Below, piece after piece: positions 14,293-27,679 of a stretch of DNA of 64,000 bases. Both the position numbers and the translations under genes were made by a program. Every line of letters starts with the position of its first letter. Position 1 is the stretch's first letter. The notes beneath the pieces are model-generated. The model had not been told where the DNA came from, searched no databases, and saw only the letters and a program-made list of their open reading frames with translations. Source of the stretch: Octopus sinensis. Lineage: Eukaryota. The DNA lies in contig NC_043004.1 of NCBI RefSeq assembly GCF_006345805.1, forward strand, positions 35,216,001-35,280,000. The letters run 5' to 3'.

Positions 14293-14574
14293 AGTTCCAT
14301 ATTTAAGAGAAGAGGAATTATTTACATTTGATGGATATTTGTCCTCATGGTGTAGTGGTTAAGAGCACAGGTTACTAAACCCAAGATTCTGAGTTCGATT
14401 CCAGGCAGTGACCTGAATAATAATAATAATAATAACGTTGAAAAATACCTTAGGAATGAGAACCCAAGTTCAAAACTTCCCCAAGTCACCTGATGAAGGC
14501 TGAAGGGTATATCAGCCGAAATGTGTTAACAACAAACGAGATGAGGACAAATATCAGTCAAATGTAAATAATGT
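14293..14574 (+). mobile_element. Family A unit: inverted tail fragment + tRNA-like head + (AAT)n + hammerhead
   Basis: 14293-14348 is the reverse complement of the family's 3' tail; 14347-14574 matches the Penelope terminal repeat at 58091-58436. Confidence 0.85.
14484..14527 (+). ncRNA. Minimal type-I hammerhead ribozyme (family A), small deletion in stem III
   Basis: cac-CTGATGA-a-GGCTG aagggtatat CAGCC-GAAA-t-gtgtt. Confidence 0.65.
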
Positions 14575-15469
14575 TCCCAGACTAGTTTTATAGCATGCCA
14601 ACTGATGGCAGCACATGGTTGTGTACGCGGTGAAAGCAAGCAGTGACCTTCATGAGGCAGTATGTTGAGTGACAGCCTGTGTTTACTTCACAAGTTGTGA
14701 AATTTGTGTTTATGTTGTCACATATATGCTGTAGTCTGTGATTTTGTCATGGAGAGGAACAAAGAACCAAAGTGAAATTTTGAATTAAACTAGGAAAATC
14801 AGCTAGGGAGACAATATTATGCTTCAGCAAGCATGCAGCAACGAGGCTATGGGTTGCACACAATGTTTTGAGTGGCATGGGTGCTTCAAAAATGGAAGAA
14901 TGTCCCTGGAAGACGATGAACGATCTGATGGACCTGCAAGGAGTGGCAACATCAGAAATGTGGTATTGGGCAGCAAGAATTCATTCTTCAGGGCCAGACC
15001 ATCAATCAAGAGTTCTTCTGCAACATTTTGAAGCATTTGAGGGAAGGAATTTGGTGAAAGCGATCAGATCTGTGGAGCAAGAATTGCCTCTTCATGACAA
15101 CAATGCACTCTGTGACCGAGCATTCTTCATTCATGAGTTTCTCACCAAAAACATTGCTATTGCTTCTGCACCCAACCGATTCACCAGATTTAGCACCTGT
15201 AGACTTCCAGCTCATCCCCAAGATAAAAATGCAACTCAGCTTAAAGGTTGTTGTTTTAACACTGTTGTTGAGATCCAGAATGGATCGCAGATGGTCCTTG
15301 ACTTGCTTACATAAAATGACTTCCAGACCAGATTCCAAAAGTGGCAGGCAATACTCTGGAACCAGTGTATTGCTGTGCAAGGTGACTATTTCAAAGGAGA
15401 TGATTTTAAAACTTAGGTAAATAAGTTATATTTTAATAAACATAACTAGTTCGGAACCCTTTTGATACC
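14575..15469 (+). mobile_element. Internally deleted, decayed mariner transposon
   Basis: HTH-like QCFEWHGCFKNGRMSLEDDERSDGP and catalytic remnants LHDNN and HPTDSPDLAPVDF; terminal gttcccagactagtt / aactagttcggaac inverted pair. Confidence 0.85.
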
Positions 15470-15703
15470 TATTTCTTTACTACCCACAAGGGGCTAAACA
15501 CAGAGAGGACAAACAAGGACAGACAAACGGATTAAGTCGATTATATCAACCCCAGTGCGTAACTGGTACTTAATTTATTGACCCCCCGAAAGGATGAAAG
15601 GCAAAGTCGGCCTCGGCATAATTTGAACTCAGAACGTCATGGCAGATGAAATACCGCTAAGCATTTCGCCCGGCGCATTACGTTTCTGCCAGCTCGCCGC
15701 CTT
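15470..15703 (-). mobile_element. tRNA-derived SINE family S2 inserted in the mariner terminus
   Basis: Reverse complement of ggcggcgagctggcagaaacg...gagttcaaatt...cctttcatcctttcgggg; flanked by duplicated acccttttgatacc. Confidence 0.9.
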
Positions 15704-16564
15704 TACCCTTTTGATACCACTATCCTCATAACTGACTGACTGCCTGCCACCCAGTATTTACTCTGTGGTTTACCTCAGATCTGAGCCATCTGGACTTCTC
15801 CTTCTGGACACTTTTTCTCCTGTAAACACCAACCTCATTATGATCACCAATTGCATGAATTTTTAGGAGAGGAATGTAGTTTGTGCTTTGGTGCTAAATG
15901 TCCTTTCTTCTCTGATTATTTACAGAAACTTAGACTAGATTTCAATCCCCAACTCCCACTGTTTTCATTGGCTCTCCCTTATACTCAAGAAAGATATGTA
16001 TGTTGCACTTTCCACTTCTCCCTCTGTGTGGTGGGTTGCTCAAGTAAATAACTCCTGGACCAGATGCAAAATGCTTAAAAATACTAAAATGTTAGCCATC
16101 CATGTTGCTTGCATTAAAATCCACCACATGTGTTTCTTTGTGTATTTGGTCAGTATTTGAGAGGCATCTATGCGCTTAACTGTTAGGAATCCATATCAGG
16201 TTACATGTAAATGTCATATGGGATAGTAAGGGACCTAATTCACAGAAATATTCATTTAATCTCAAGAAACAAAATTTAAGCACTAGTACCTACAAATAAT
16301 CAACCATAAACACCAAACATTACATAATGACTAAATAAAACATTTATCAGTTTTCAGTTAACTCATAAAGTATAGATACGGTTGCTGTTCTACTCTAGAG
16401 TGTTTAACATTTTGGAATAATCTAAAACCACAAATATATGAACAACCATTTGTCAATCAAATTTTGAACACTACTGCAATTACTGGTACTAAGTTGATAA
16501 AATTAACTTACTACCAATGAGTTGATGGTAAATTAGTAGTTAATAGTAAATTAGTAAGTTAATA

Positions 16565-16840
16565 TCATGCCATGCTACCCTAGACTGATGACGAGCAAGA
16601 CTCAGAAACATGTCTCTGGATGCAGGCCTAGCTGTTGGGGGTACTTGTCTCCCCTTCGCAAATATAAGGACACAGGAAATGTGTCAAAGCCGACAGGAAG
16701 AGTCGATGCTTCCTAGGGCTAAATAGCGGTGGTGTGATTCCCTTTACGGGACTGTCACATTAAGTTGACAGTATACAACCACTCTATCATTCCACCACCG
16801 GTCATATCTCTCTGAGATATTTAGAAATTTAATATTTCTA
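16565..16840 (+). mobile_element. Family B hammerhead-containing retrozyme-like element with 12-bp direct repeats
   Basis: agtaagttaata at 16553-16564 and 16841-16852; HHR near the 5' end; body homologous to 62480-62690. Confidence 0.8.
16580..16619 (+). ncRNA. Minimal type-I hammerhead ribozyme, core intact
   Basis: ctaga-CTGATGA-c-GAG caaga CTC-a-GAAAC-at-GTC-tctgg; stem I ctaga/tctgg, palindromic stem III ACATGT, GUC cleavage triplet. Confidence 0.85.
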
Positions 16841-18824
16841 AGTAAGTTAATAACATTAGTAGAATGTTAAGCTAAAAGCCTTACAGCAAAGCCATATAAA
16901 AGCAGATCCATCAGTCTGGAGGTCTTGGAAAGCAAAGGAGGAATTTATGAACATCAGACAGACCCATTTCTTTAAAACAAAGCCCAAAATACAGCCTGTT
17001 TGAATTTTAACATTTCCCCTTTTCTTATCTTGGAATCCAAAACAAGTCTTGTTCCATTTTGCACTGTTTCCCTCAGAAGCTCTACTCACCTAGTTTTATT
17101 TTATCTTCTAATTTCCAAAGAGAAATACATTGACTTTTATTTCAACTTTCTCAAGATGACAGAATAAATATCTTTAATATTTCATAACTAGATTTTACTA
17201 AATGTTGGCACAAGGACAGCTATTTTGGCAAAGGGGCTGATTCAATTACATCAACCCCATTGCTCAGCTAATACTTATTTTATCTACCCCAAAACAAAGA
17301 GTCAACCTTGGCAGTATTTGATCTCAGAATATGTAGCTTGATGAAATTCTGCTAAGCATTTTGCCTGGTGTGCTAACCACTCTACCAGCTCACCACCTTT
17401 GAGAATTGTTGTCTAAGTATTTAATGGTAAGTGATTATTGAAAGCAAATTGTGCTTAGTCAAAAGCATTGTCAGTGTTCCATTGTTATGAATAATAGTTA
17501 AGGATTATTGCTGATGCAACCAGAGGACATCATCTGTTTCTCCATTTAATGAGACATTTTCCTACATAACAACCTTTCACATGTCATCAGTGACATGTCT
17601 TTTGGTCATTAAGTGTCTCAGAGCTTTCAACAGTATATACACCCTTATCCAGGTGATAAAGTTGGGGTTGATCAAATACCTGTTTGTATCCAATTATTAT
17701 TACCCCTCTACTTCCTCCCCAACTAACCCCCAGATGCTCTTTTGTTAACTTGTCCTTGTGATGCCAAACATGATGTTTGTTTCCCATATTAATTCTTGCA
17801 AAGATGGTGGCAAGCTGGCTGAATTATTGGCATGCCAGGCAAAATGCTTAGCAGCATTTTGCCCATCTTTACTTTCTGGGTTCAAATTGCACAGGGGATA
17901 AATTTTCTTTTATCCTTTCAGGGTCAACAGAATAAGTATCAGTTAAACACTTGGGGGTTCAAAGTAATTGGCTTACCCCCTCCCCACAAAACTGTCAAAA
18001 TTTGAAACCAATATTAATTTTTTGCAACATAAATAATTTTTGTGCAACTTATTCAGCAGAAGACATTTCTACCAAAACAGTTCCTGGTTGCAGTCTGAAG
18101 TTATGTCACACATTAAAAATAACTTTTCAGACATTTGACTTTGATATACCACATTAAGGGGCCAATATGCAGCCATCGTAAAAATACTACATCTGATTAT
18201 CTTTACAAAATGCAATGTTACCTCCCAGCTGTATCTGATTAATTTCATAATTAGTTTCATAATGAAAAGTGTCCATTAATTGTTTCCGATATGACAAGAA
18301 AATAATTATCTAACTCGATTCATGAAATGACTTATTGATAGCCTTACATTTCTAAATCATTATTTTTAACTTTCATATAGCTCTCCTCCCCTCAGTCCAC
18401 TTATTAACATTCATCACTGCTCCTTATTATTGTCTAACCCTTCTACTATTAACCATCCCTCTCTCTCTCTTCCTCCCTCCTTCACTCTATCACCATCCAC
18501 CACTCTCCCCTCTCTTCCACTAATCATTATCTCTACCAACATGCCCTTACACCCTTCATCCGCTCTTAGTTTTTCTTCTGTCATTGTTTGCTTTTCTAAT
18601 CATCTTGGTGCTTACATTGCCTCGTGCAACCAGTTTCACCATAGACAAGTAAGGGTTCCAAGATAGAACACAATCTCCCTAATGCTGGTGCCATATTTAG
18701 ATGTATTCACTTTGAAGTGGGTGGCAGAAAACAGGGACTACATCAGGTCAATAGGACCTTTTGGTCTTGTCATGGACACGATAAATTCTTTAGTACTTCA
18801 GCCCGAATAAAATTCATCCAGGAC

Positions 18825-19759
18825 CAGTGGGGCTCATAGATAAAATTGGTGGGGGTGCTGCTTCAGAAAATTTTTAGCATTTGTTTTAATGTTACTCTTT
18901 TACTTGTTTCAGTCATTTGACTGCAGCCACGCTGGAGCACTGCCTTTAGTCGAGCAAATAAACCCCAGGACTTATTCCTTGTAAGCCTAGTACTTAATCT
19001 ATTGGTCTCTTTCGCTGAACTGCTAAGTTACGGGAATGTATATTAGGCTATAGTAGAAGACACTTGTCCAAGGTGCCACGCAGTGGGACTGAACCCAGAA
19101 CCATGTGGTTCGTAAGCAAGCTACTTACCACACAGCCACTCCTACGCTGTGTAAAAGGAAACAAACATTTAAAAAGAAAATTTCTACATAAAACTTGATC
19201 AGTTTATGGTTCAGCCACTGCAGGATAGTGTGTTTAATTCATTCACTTGTTTTTCAAAAATCGCCCCCCCCCCAATTCACAAAATAAGGGGAAAATCTAC
19301 TCTATTTTTCAAATCCTGGCAGGAACACTGTAGTTGGAAGCACGATAATAATATAATTCTACACTTTATAACATTCAAGACTATAAATATATTTTGAAGC
19401 ACAACAGACATGCAGTCAGAAAGAAACATTACCATTCACCATCACACCAGTGTTGGCATTATGCAAACCACAGTGCTCTCTCTCCCTAGCGTGCAGCTTC
19501 CTATCTCAGACATATGAGCATGCGCACAACAGCCACTGTGCTGCTGGAACTGTGAAGCACACAGTTCTATACAAGGATTTTTGTATTTTTTCATTAATTA
19601 GGGGATGGCTACAGACATTAAGCTTAAAGATTATATAATGTACAAGTATAGAGAAAGAATTAAAGAAAAAAGGACTCATTATATTGAATGTTATCGATAA
19701 TATCAAGTGGAAATAGGGGGTGCTGTAGTTCTGCAGTGCCGATACATGAACCACCACTG
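18825..19759. mobile_element. hAT-like non-autonomous DNA transposon with nested S1 SINE
   Basis: Imperfect TIRs cagtggggctcatagat / atacatgaaccaccactg; 8-bp TSD tccaggac / tccagaac. Confidence 0.7.
18895..19147 (-). mobile_element. SINE family S1 (internally deleted)
   Basis: Reverse-complement match to the 13480 copy. Confidence 0.85.
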
Positions 19760-19990
19760 TCCAGAACATTTTGTAAAGTTAAAGTTAGGAAGGGGATCCA
19801 ACCATCGAAAACAATCTGAACATGTACAAGCAAGACATGGTTCTCTGATCCATCTAAGAGAGATGAGGTTCAACCTGTGAAGGCCTACTCAAACCTTTCG
19901 TGCATGGAAAGTGGATGTAAGATGATGATGATGAGGATATTGGGTACCTATGTGGTGAATGTTTCATTTACCCTAACCCTATACTCTATC

Positions 19991-20362
19991 AAAGAAGCTT
20001 GAGAGGCAGCTGGATGGAACTTATACTCGCCTCCTTGTGAGAGCTCAAAATCTCTCATGGAAACGTCATCCAACCAAAGTACAAATATATGGGAAATTAT
20101 CACCTGTATCATCTCTTGTAAAAGGTAGAAGAGTCTAGTTTGCTGGACATTGTTGTAGAGCTGAAAACGAGGTAATTTCTACTCCTCTCCTCTGGAAGCC
20201 ATCTGCTCGCGATACCAGAGGGCGCACACTCTCCTACCCTGATATAATCTCCAGGAATACAGGCATCCAGCAATAGGACCTCCGTAATGCTATGATGGAC
20301 CGTGAAGTCTGGCGTAACATAGTAAATTCCATTGTTTTGACCACAGTCGAACAATGATGATG
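19991..20362 (+). mobile_element. 5'-truncated RTE-clade LINE 3' end
   Basis: Translates to LERQLDGTYTRLLVRAQNLSWKRH...RRV*FAGHC...DREVWR; (TGA)n tail; TSD atactctatc on both sides. Confidence 0.85.
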
Positions 20363-22479
20363 ATACTCTATCCATGTGGTCTATTCCTCTATACATACCC
20401 TGATACTTTGGTCAAACTCAGAACCATCATTACTGATACAGCATTTCAATGCCATTAACAACTGCAACACCAAGCCATTCAGAGTCTCCTGCAGTTTGAG
20501 AACATTTTAGTTTTCAATCTCCAATTGTTGAAGAACTTTTAATCAGTCACAACAGATTTTTGTGAATCTACACAAACACAATTCACTTCTGACTAATACT
20601 TGTGGCATTAGCTGATATTTAACAAAAATAATTACAGTTCTAATTTCTAAACAAGTAAGTTGTTAATTACTATCAGTAATTTAATTAATAACTAAATTCC
20701 TTCATCTCAGTACAAACCATCATCATCATCATCACCAGTGTTGACATCATCATCAGCATCATTTTCCATTAGCATTTCCCAGGCTTGGATTGGTCAGTTT
20801 TTCTGAGGCGGTATTTTACAGCTGGATGCTCTTCCTGTCATCTACACCAATTAGTCACTTGATATGACAATGCAGGGATATATGCCAACATCTCTCCAGT
20901 ACACAGTCAAAGGGAAGTGGTTAAAAGAATTAGAGCTGGACTGCCATCTTATAGATTCACTAATATTTCAAAGTGTCTTTAAGTAGACTATATTCCACAA
21001 GTTCACCTGCTTATTTAGAGTGTTAATACCATATCTTCTTTGAATATTTCTTGAGGTTACTCATCTCACACATTCTTAATGCTATACAACCAGAGCTGAG
21101 CACAGATTCTCATGAACTCTTCAGTGTATTAGAGATAATTTTTATGCAACAGTATCTTGCAACAGAAATCAGGTAAATACAAGATTTACAACTCTGCTAC
21201 ACTTAGGCATCCATAATCTCTTTATTATATCCAGCAATAAATAATCTTATAAAAACAACCATTGTCATCTATGTTTAGTAAAAAAGAAAACAAACAAAAA
21301 AACAAAAGCTTCCAGTCATTAAATAATTCTTGCATTAGTTGCCAATATTTTTCTATTTGGATTTTTTAAACATTTTAGTTTATATCTCTTCAAATGCTGT
21401 CTGACATTCAATATTATTCTGAGGATCTTATAATAAATTTATGAATACTAGCTATCTGTTACTTTTGATAGTAACATATTTGCTTCCACTACTGTCTTCT
21501 TATTCTTCTCGGCGTGTGAATAAAAATATCAATATCCTTCAAGAAATAATCTTTATTCAGTTTTCTAATATTCTAATTTCTATTGGCAACTATTTATTCT
21601 TTCTTTATACATTTGAACTCAAAATGTTCTGGTTAATCTTGCCACAAAACAAGGAATCATAATCAAAATGCCTAACATTGCCTTCCCTAATGTCACACAG
21701 ATGAGAAAGAAATCTCTTTCTGAATTTAAGGTTGTCTGATGCCAGTAGCTTTCTAATAAAAAAGTAATACCTGGTATTTATTCCAAGAATATGGTCTCCT
21801 GAATAAGTTTACACTTAAGTTATCTTACCAGAAACACAACCAAACACTTGCAGCAGATTTAAATTATTCATTGTAATGTTGGCCTTCTGATATTTTGCTG
21901 CCTCAGTCAGTTCACTTTGACTACATCCTCTATAATTAATGAAGAAGAATCTGAGAAAATGACTGATAGCAAATATTAATTACAAATATTTCATAAACTA
22001 GAATAAATTATTTTGTCACAAGGAAAAAGAGTAAATTAACAATATCTCTTTCTTGTTCCTCAGGTTGTCAACATTTTTTGAACATTTTCTACAGTTCTGC
22101 TATCATCAACACCAATATCTAGTGATAGATTGTGTTGTCAGACCATTGAACAAGTCTTTCCACTTTTTGTGATCAGAGGTATACATCAATTAGTTCGATG
22201 ATCGTTTAAGTAATGGCTGGAAGTATTAGGTACAACTGGCTATAAAACTGGAGGGTAGTGAACTTGGTAATGCAAGTCAACAAAATATAAGTCAGTTTTA
22301 TTGATGTCACTGATGTATCTGCTTACATTTAAGTAGATTTAGCCATTTCAACTTAAGTACCACGGTCAGAGATACAGCTCAAACACTGGTCAATCACCTC
22401 TCAGTTTGCCTTCTGGTGACCAACCACCCACAGCTCTCATGCTCGCTTCACTGTTTTTATTCAGATTTGTAACATATAT

Positions 22480-22875
22480 GGAGTGGCTGTGTGGTAAGTA
22501 GCTTGTTTACCAACCACATGGTTCCGGGTTCAGTCCCACTGCGTGGCACCTTGGGCAAGTGTCTTCTACTATAGCCTCGGGCCGACCAAAGCCTTGTGAG
22601 TGGATTTGGTAGACGGAAACTGAAAGAAGCCTGTCGTATATATGTATATATATATGTATATGTGTGTGTGCGTGTATGTTTGTGTTCGTCCCCCTAGCAT
22701 TGCTTCACATCCGATGCTGGTGTGTTTATGTCCCCGTCACTTAGCGGTTCGGCAAAAAGAGACCGATAGAATAAGTACTGGGCTTACAAAGAATAAGTCC
22801 CGGGGTCGAGTTGCTCGATTAAAGGCGGTGCTCCAGCATGGCCGCAGTTAAATGACTGAAACGAGTAAAAGAGAG
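22480..22875 (+). mobile_element. SINE family S1, near full length
   Basis: Highly similar to 13480-13895. Confidence 0.9.
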
Positions 22876-23316
22876 TATATTTAAAAAAAAAAAAAACTTC
22901 TAAATTACTGGTCGCATGGATAATTTTCTTCCTCAATGGAAGAAACAATTCCTCTCTCCAGTTTTTGATCAACATAGAACAGGAGATAAGTAACATTTTC
23001 GAGAGATTTCTACAGCAATGTCTTTACTTTGATACAAATAACATTTGGTTGCTGTCTACTGTCGCTGGTTTAGCAAAACCTAGATACAAGCATGCTTAAC
23101 GTCATGAGACTAGCAGTAGCTCTGGAGTTAGGGAAACGAAACACTAAAAAAAAGAATATCAAGTGATGAGATAGAATGATAATAAAAATGGTGAACGTTA
23201 AATTCCAGCTTTCTTTGTTTTATTTCATATATTTCCTTTCTTTCTTTTGCAGAGTTGCTATTGTGATAACAAGATTTCAACCCCAACCCCATCTCTCCAT
23301 CTCTCTCTTTCTCTCA

Positions 23317-23317
<1 letters not shown>

Positions 23318-23360
<43 letters not shown>

Positions 23361-23560
23361 CTTACATGTACACACACATATATATATATACATATGTATA
23401 TATATGTGTGTGTGTGTGTGTGTGTATATATATACATATACACACATGTATGTATATATGTATATCTATACCTATATATACACACACATATGTATGTATG
23501 TGCATGTGTATATTTATATACACACATATATGTATGTATATATGTATATCTATCTATCTA

Positions 23561-23620
<60 letters not shown>
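23318..23620. repeat. (TA/CA/TG)n microsatellite
   Basis: Directly visible. Confidence 0.95.
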
Positions 23621-23940
23621 TTATTTATTTATTATAGCTGAAACTTTACAATCATATCTTAAAGATTCTTGCAATTCTTCAGACAATTACAAGAATTGTA
23701 AAGAAGCAGTTTGATTTTCACAAATAACCTTGCAAAACAGCCCAATGACAATATCAGCTGGTCAGAATAAAGGAATACTTGGTAAATATTCTGGAAAATC
23801 ACAGAATCAAGTAAATATGATTATAAAAAATATACCCCGAATAATTTTCATATGCCTATAAACAATTTAAGTTATTTGAATTATTAACATTTAACTCTTT
23901 AGCATTCAGATTCGTCTGTCAAATGCAATTCTTATTTATA

Positions 23941-24645
23941 TGTCTTGCAAACAACTTGCACATGCAAGTGCTACCGGTCAAAAACTCTGCATACTGGAAG
24001 CCAGCAAGTGTATGGGGCCATCAGGAGAGAATGTGCACCGTTCCGGGGCCTGTGTCTTGATGGCATCAATATGCACTGCATCTGATATGAGACCCCGCTT
24101 GCTAGATCAGCTGGTTATCAAATAAAGCTCAATATTCTTCTAGCCATCGCTCATCGTCTCTTTTTAACCAAATCCAGTGGCAAGCCTTCTCCACTGTAGA
24201 TTGGATATCAGTCATGGTGGTATTGACTTTACGATGAATTAGGCCTAACGATAACAACAGTCGTCTCATACTGTGTCCAACGAACCCTCTACATCCGACT
24301 TCGATTGGAAAATGTTCTGCTTTCCAGCCTGCGTCTTCACATTCCTTGAGGAGGTTTACATAACAGTCAATCTTTCAAGCCTGAGTGGCATCCATATTAT
24401 CTTCATGAGGAACCTTTAACTCGACTAGATTTACAACTTTCCTTCTTTCACACCACATCAAAATATCTGTTTTTTTCGTAATTGGGATGGGAAAGAATCC
24501 CTGGTGCCCAGGTAAATCTGCAGCCACCTTCCAATAGCCATTCCACTTTTCATCTTTCACAGGAAGTATCTTGATCTTCTTCTTGAAACGGATCCGCTGA
24601 CCTGATCGCACGAAGGTAACGAAATCTCTAGATGGTACTTTTAAC
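23941..24645 (-). mobile_element. 5'-truncated RLE-type non-LTR retrotransposon (HERO-like) inserted in a piggyBac-like MITE
   Basis: WKVAADLP...KKTDILMW...VELKVPHEDN...*K...Y...CEDAGWKAEHFPIEVGCRGF; MITE halves at ~23891-23940 and ~24646-24700. Confidence 0.8.
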
Positions 24646-24705
24646 ATTATTCATGCAATACTTGGTGCTTTCAAGATTTCAATAATGTAATTCTTTAGTT
24701 TCAGT

Positions 24706-25072
24706 TAGGTCTGTTGAGGCAAGTGAAATCGATAAAAAATCAATGGAAAAATGCAATTGTCATACCAGTGGCAGTGGCACGTAAAAGAACCGTCTGAATG
24801 TGGCCGTTGCCAGTGCCGCCTCAACTGGCCTCTGTGACGGTGGCACGTAAAAAGCACCAACCAATCGTGGCCATTGCCAGCCTCACCTGGCACATAAAAA
24901 GCACCCACTACACTCACGGAGTGGTTGGCATTAGGAAGAGCATCCAGCTGTAAAAACACTGCCAGATCAGACTGGATCTGGTGCAGTCCCCTGGCTTCCC
25001 AGACCCCGGTTGAACCATCCAACCTATGCTAGCATGGAAAGCGGACGTTAAACGATAATGATGATGACGATA
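24706..25072 (+). mobile_element. Family S3 RTE-tail repeat
   Basis: Three internal tggcacgtaaaa units and the conserved 3' end with GAT tail. Confidence 0.9.
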
Positions 25073-25111
<39 letters not shown>

Positions 25112-25227
25112 CACACATGTATGTATATATAATATATATATATATATATATAATATGATATATATACATCATATTTTATATATATATATACATACACATA
25201 TATACATATATATATATATATACATAC

Positions 25228-25258
<31 letters not shown>

Positions 25259-25620
25259 TATTCATATATATACATATATGCATGTACACATATATATACA
25301 TATATATATATGTACATATATATATATATATACATATATACATACATATACATATACACATACATACACATATATATATACATACATACATATATATATA
25401 TACATACATACACATATATATATACATATATACATACATACATATATATATATACATATATACATACATATATATATATATACATATATACAATACATAT
25501 ATATATATATATACATACATATATATATATACATACATACATTATATATATAATACATATATACATATATAATATATACATACATACATATATATATATA
25601 TATACATATATACATACATA

Positions 25621-25654
<34 letters not shown>

Positions 25655-25770
25655 ATACATATATTATATACATATATATATACACATATATACATACTAT
25701 ATATATAATACATATATATATATATACATATATATATATACATATATACATACATATATATATATATCTA
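25073..25770. repeat. ~700-bp (TA)/(TACA) compound microsatellite
   Basis: Directly visible. Confidence 0.95.
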
Positions 25771-25774
25771 GTAT

Positions 25775-26298
25775 ATTATATAAAAGGGCTTAGTAAAATA
25801 AATTACTTTGCCACATACTGAACTCATTAGAAATAGTAGCTAAAAAAACTTTTTTAAAACTATTTCTAATACTTAAAGAAAATCTCTCTAGTGTTTACTG
25901 ATTTTAACCCACGCTGGTGGAAAGGGGAGAGCAGAAATTCTTCGCTTGCATATTTTGGATTTGCTGGCACTGATAGTTCGAGCAGATCTTCAGAAGCGAT
26001 AAGAAGCCGAAAGGGTATGCTCCCACTTTCAGTGTTTTCAAATCCGAACCAAGGAGTTCTGAGCTGACGAAAGAAATGTCGATTTGACTAATCTAGAAAC
26101 GTACGTTCTCAAATACCTTTGCATTTGATTTTTAATGTCTTTACCCCCATACTTTTGTGAGTTGAATTGAGCAAACACTATATGAGAGAGATTTTCTTTA
26201 AGTATTAGAAATAGTTTTAAAAAAGTTTTTTTAGCTACTATTTCTAATGAGTTCAGTATGTGGCAAGTAATTTATTTTACTAAGCCCTTTTATATAAT
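25775..26298 (+). mobile_element. Family C element: ~115-bp inverted arms enclosing a hammerhead
   Basis: 25775-25889 is a near-perfect reverse complement of 26185-26298; HHR at 26060-26111; embedded in (TA)n. Confidence 0.85.
26060..26111 (+). ncRNA. Type-I hammerhead ribozyme
   Basis: tgag-CTGACGA-a-AGA aat GTC gattt GAC taa TCT-a-GAAAC-gtac-GTT-ctca; stem I tgag/ctca, palindromic stem III AACGTACGTT. Confidence 0.8.
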
Positions 26299-26394
26299 GT
26301 AATAATTTGAATTCGCCTTAAATGGTCCCTTGCATACTGAATACTTGTGAAATTGATTAATAATTAATTAATTTTACCCTCAATTGTTGAAATT

Positions 26395-26960
26395 ATATAT
26401 ATATATACATATATATACATATATACATACATATATATATATATATACATACATACATACATATATATATACATATATAGATATATATATATACATATAT
26501 ACATACGTACATATATATATATACATACATATATACATATATACATACATATATATATATATACATACATACATCATCATCATTTAGCATCCGCTTTCCA
26601 TGCTAGCATGGGTTGGACGGGTCAACTGGGGTCTGTGAAGCTGGAAGGCTTCGTCCAGGCCCAGTCAGATCTGGCAGTGTTTTCTACGGCTGGATGCCCT
26701 ATACATATACATACATATATATATATACATACATACATATATACATATATACATACATACATATATAATATATATACATACATATATATATATATGTATA
26801 TACATACATAAAAATACATACATATATATACATACATATATACATACATATATATGTATATATATACATATATACACATATATACAACTATATATGTATA
26901 TATACACATGTATATATATATATATATATATACATGTGTATATATATATTTATATATACA
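26395..26960. repeat. (TA)/(TACA) microsatellite interrupted by an S3 fragment (26572-26700, minus)
   Basis: Directly visible. Confidence 0.9.
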
Positions 26961-27679
26961 TCACTCGTATGATGGTGGTGTGCATTTTACGACTATTACC
27001 TAGTGTCAAAAAAAGGGCACACACACACACACACATAGGCTTCTTTAAATTTCTATCTACTATCCATTCTCAAGATTCTAGTCAAAGTGTAGAATACACT
27101 TATCCCGCAATATCATTCTAAAAATAAGCAATCACACCTTTGAAATCCCTAAACTATAAGATAATTCATGATTAATTTTAAAAAATGTAAATGACAAGCG
27201 TTACATTTGACAGTAATACACTTACTCTGAGTGCCATGCAGTGGCACTGAGCCACAGCTGTGTCTACATATTTCAATATATGGAAGTCAATGAGGAAATT
27301 CATATTGTGAATATCCAGGCTACAGTAAAGTTTACAGGAATAAAACTTTTCTGTAACATGACACCCTTATGTGCTTAATTTTGATGGTCACAATCATGGA
27401 TTTAAGTTTAGAATGTTGCTCAAAAGGAAGCAGTAAAGCTTGACACATAATGTCTGTTTGGTATAAGCTGTGAGTCATTTGAACTCTTGTGGGATATTTG
27501 GTAAAGAAAAATGAAGACGATTCTTCTTGGCCAAATGATATTTTGGAAATAGCAGTCAAATTTCCTTCAAATCGTGACCAACTCTCTTAAATAAGGATGC
27601 ATTAAAGACAAAGTAGTTGAGTGACATACATCTAAAACTGACATGATGGTCACAACTGGAATGGCTTTAATCCTATATC

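Noticed and set aside
25048-25755. Long Y/I/C/V/H-rich ORFs here and at ~2000, 23176, 26364, 30486, 31483 and 54560
   Set aside because: Translations of TA/CA/TG microsatellites, which lack stop codons.
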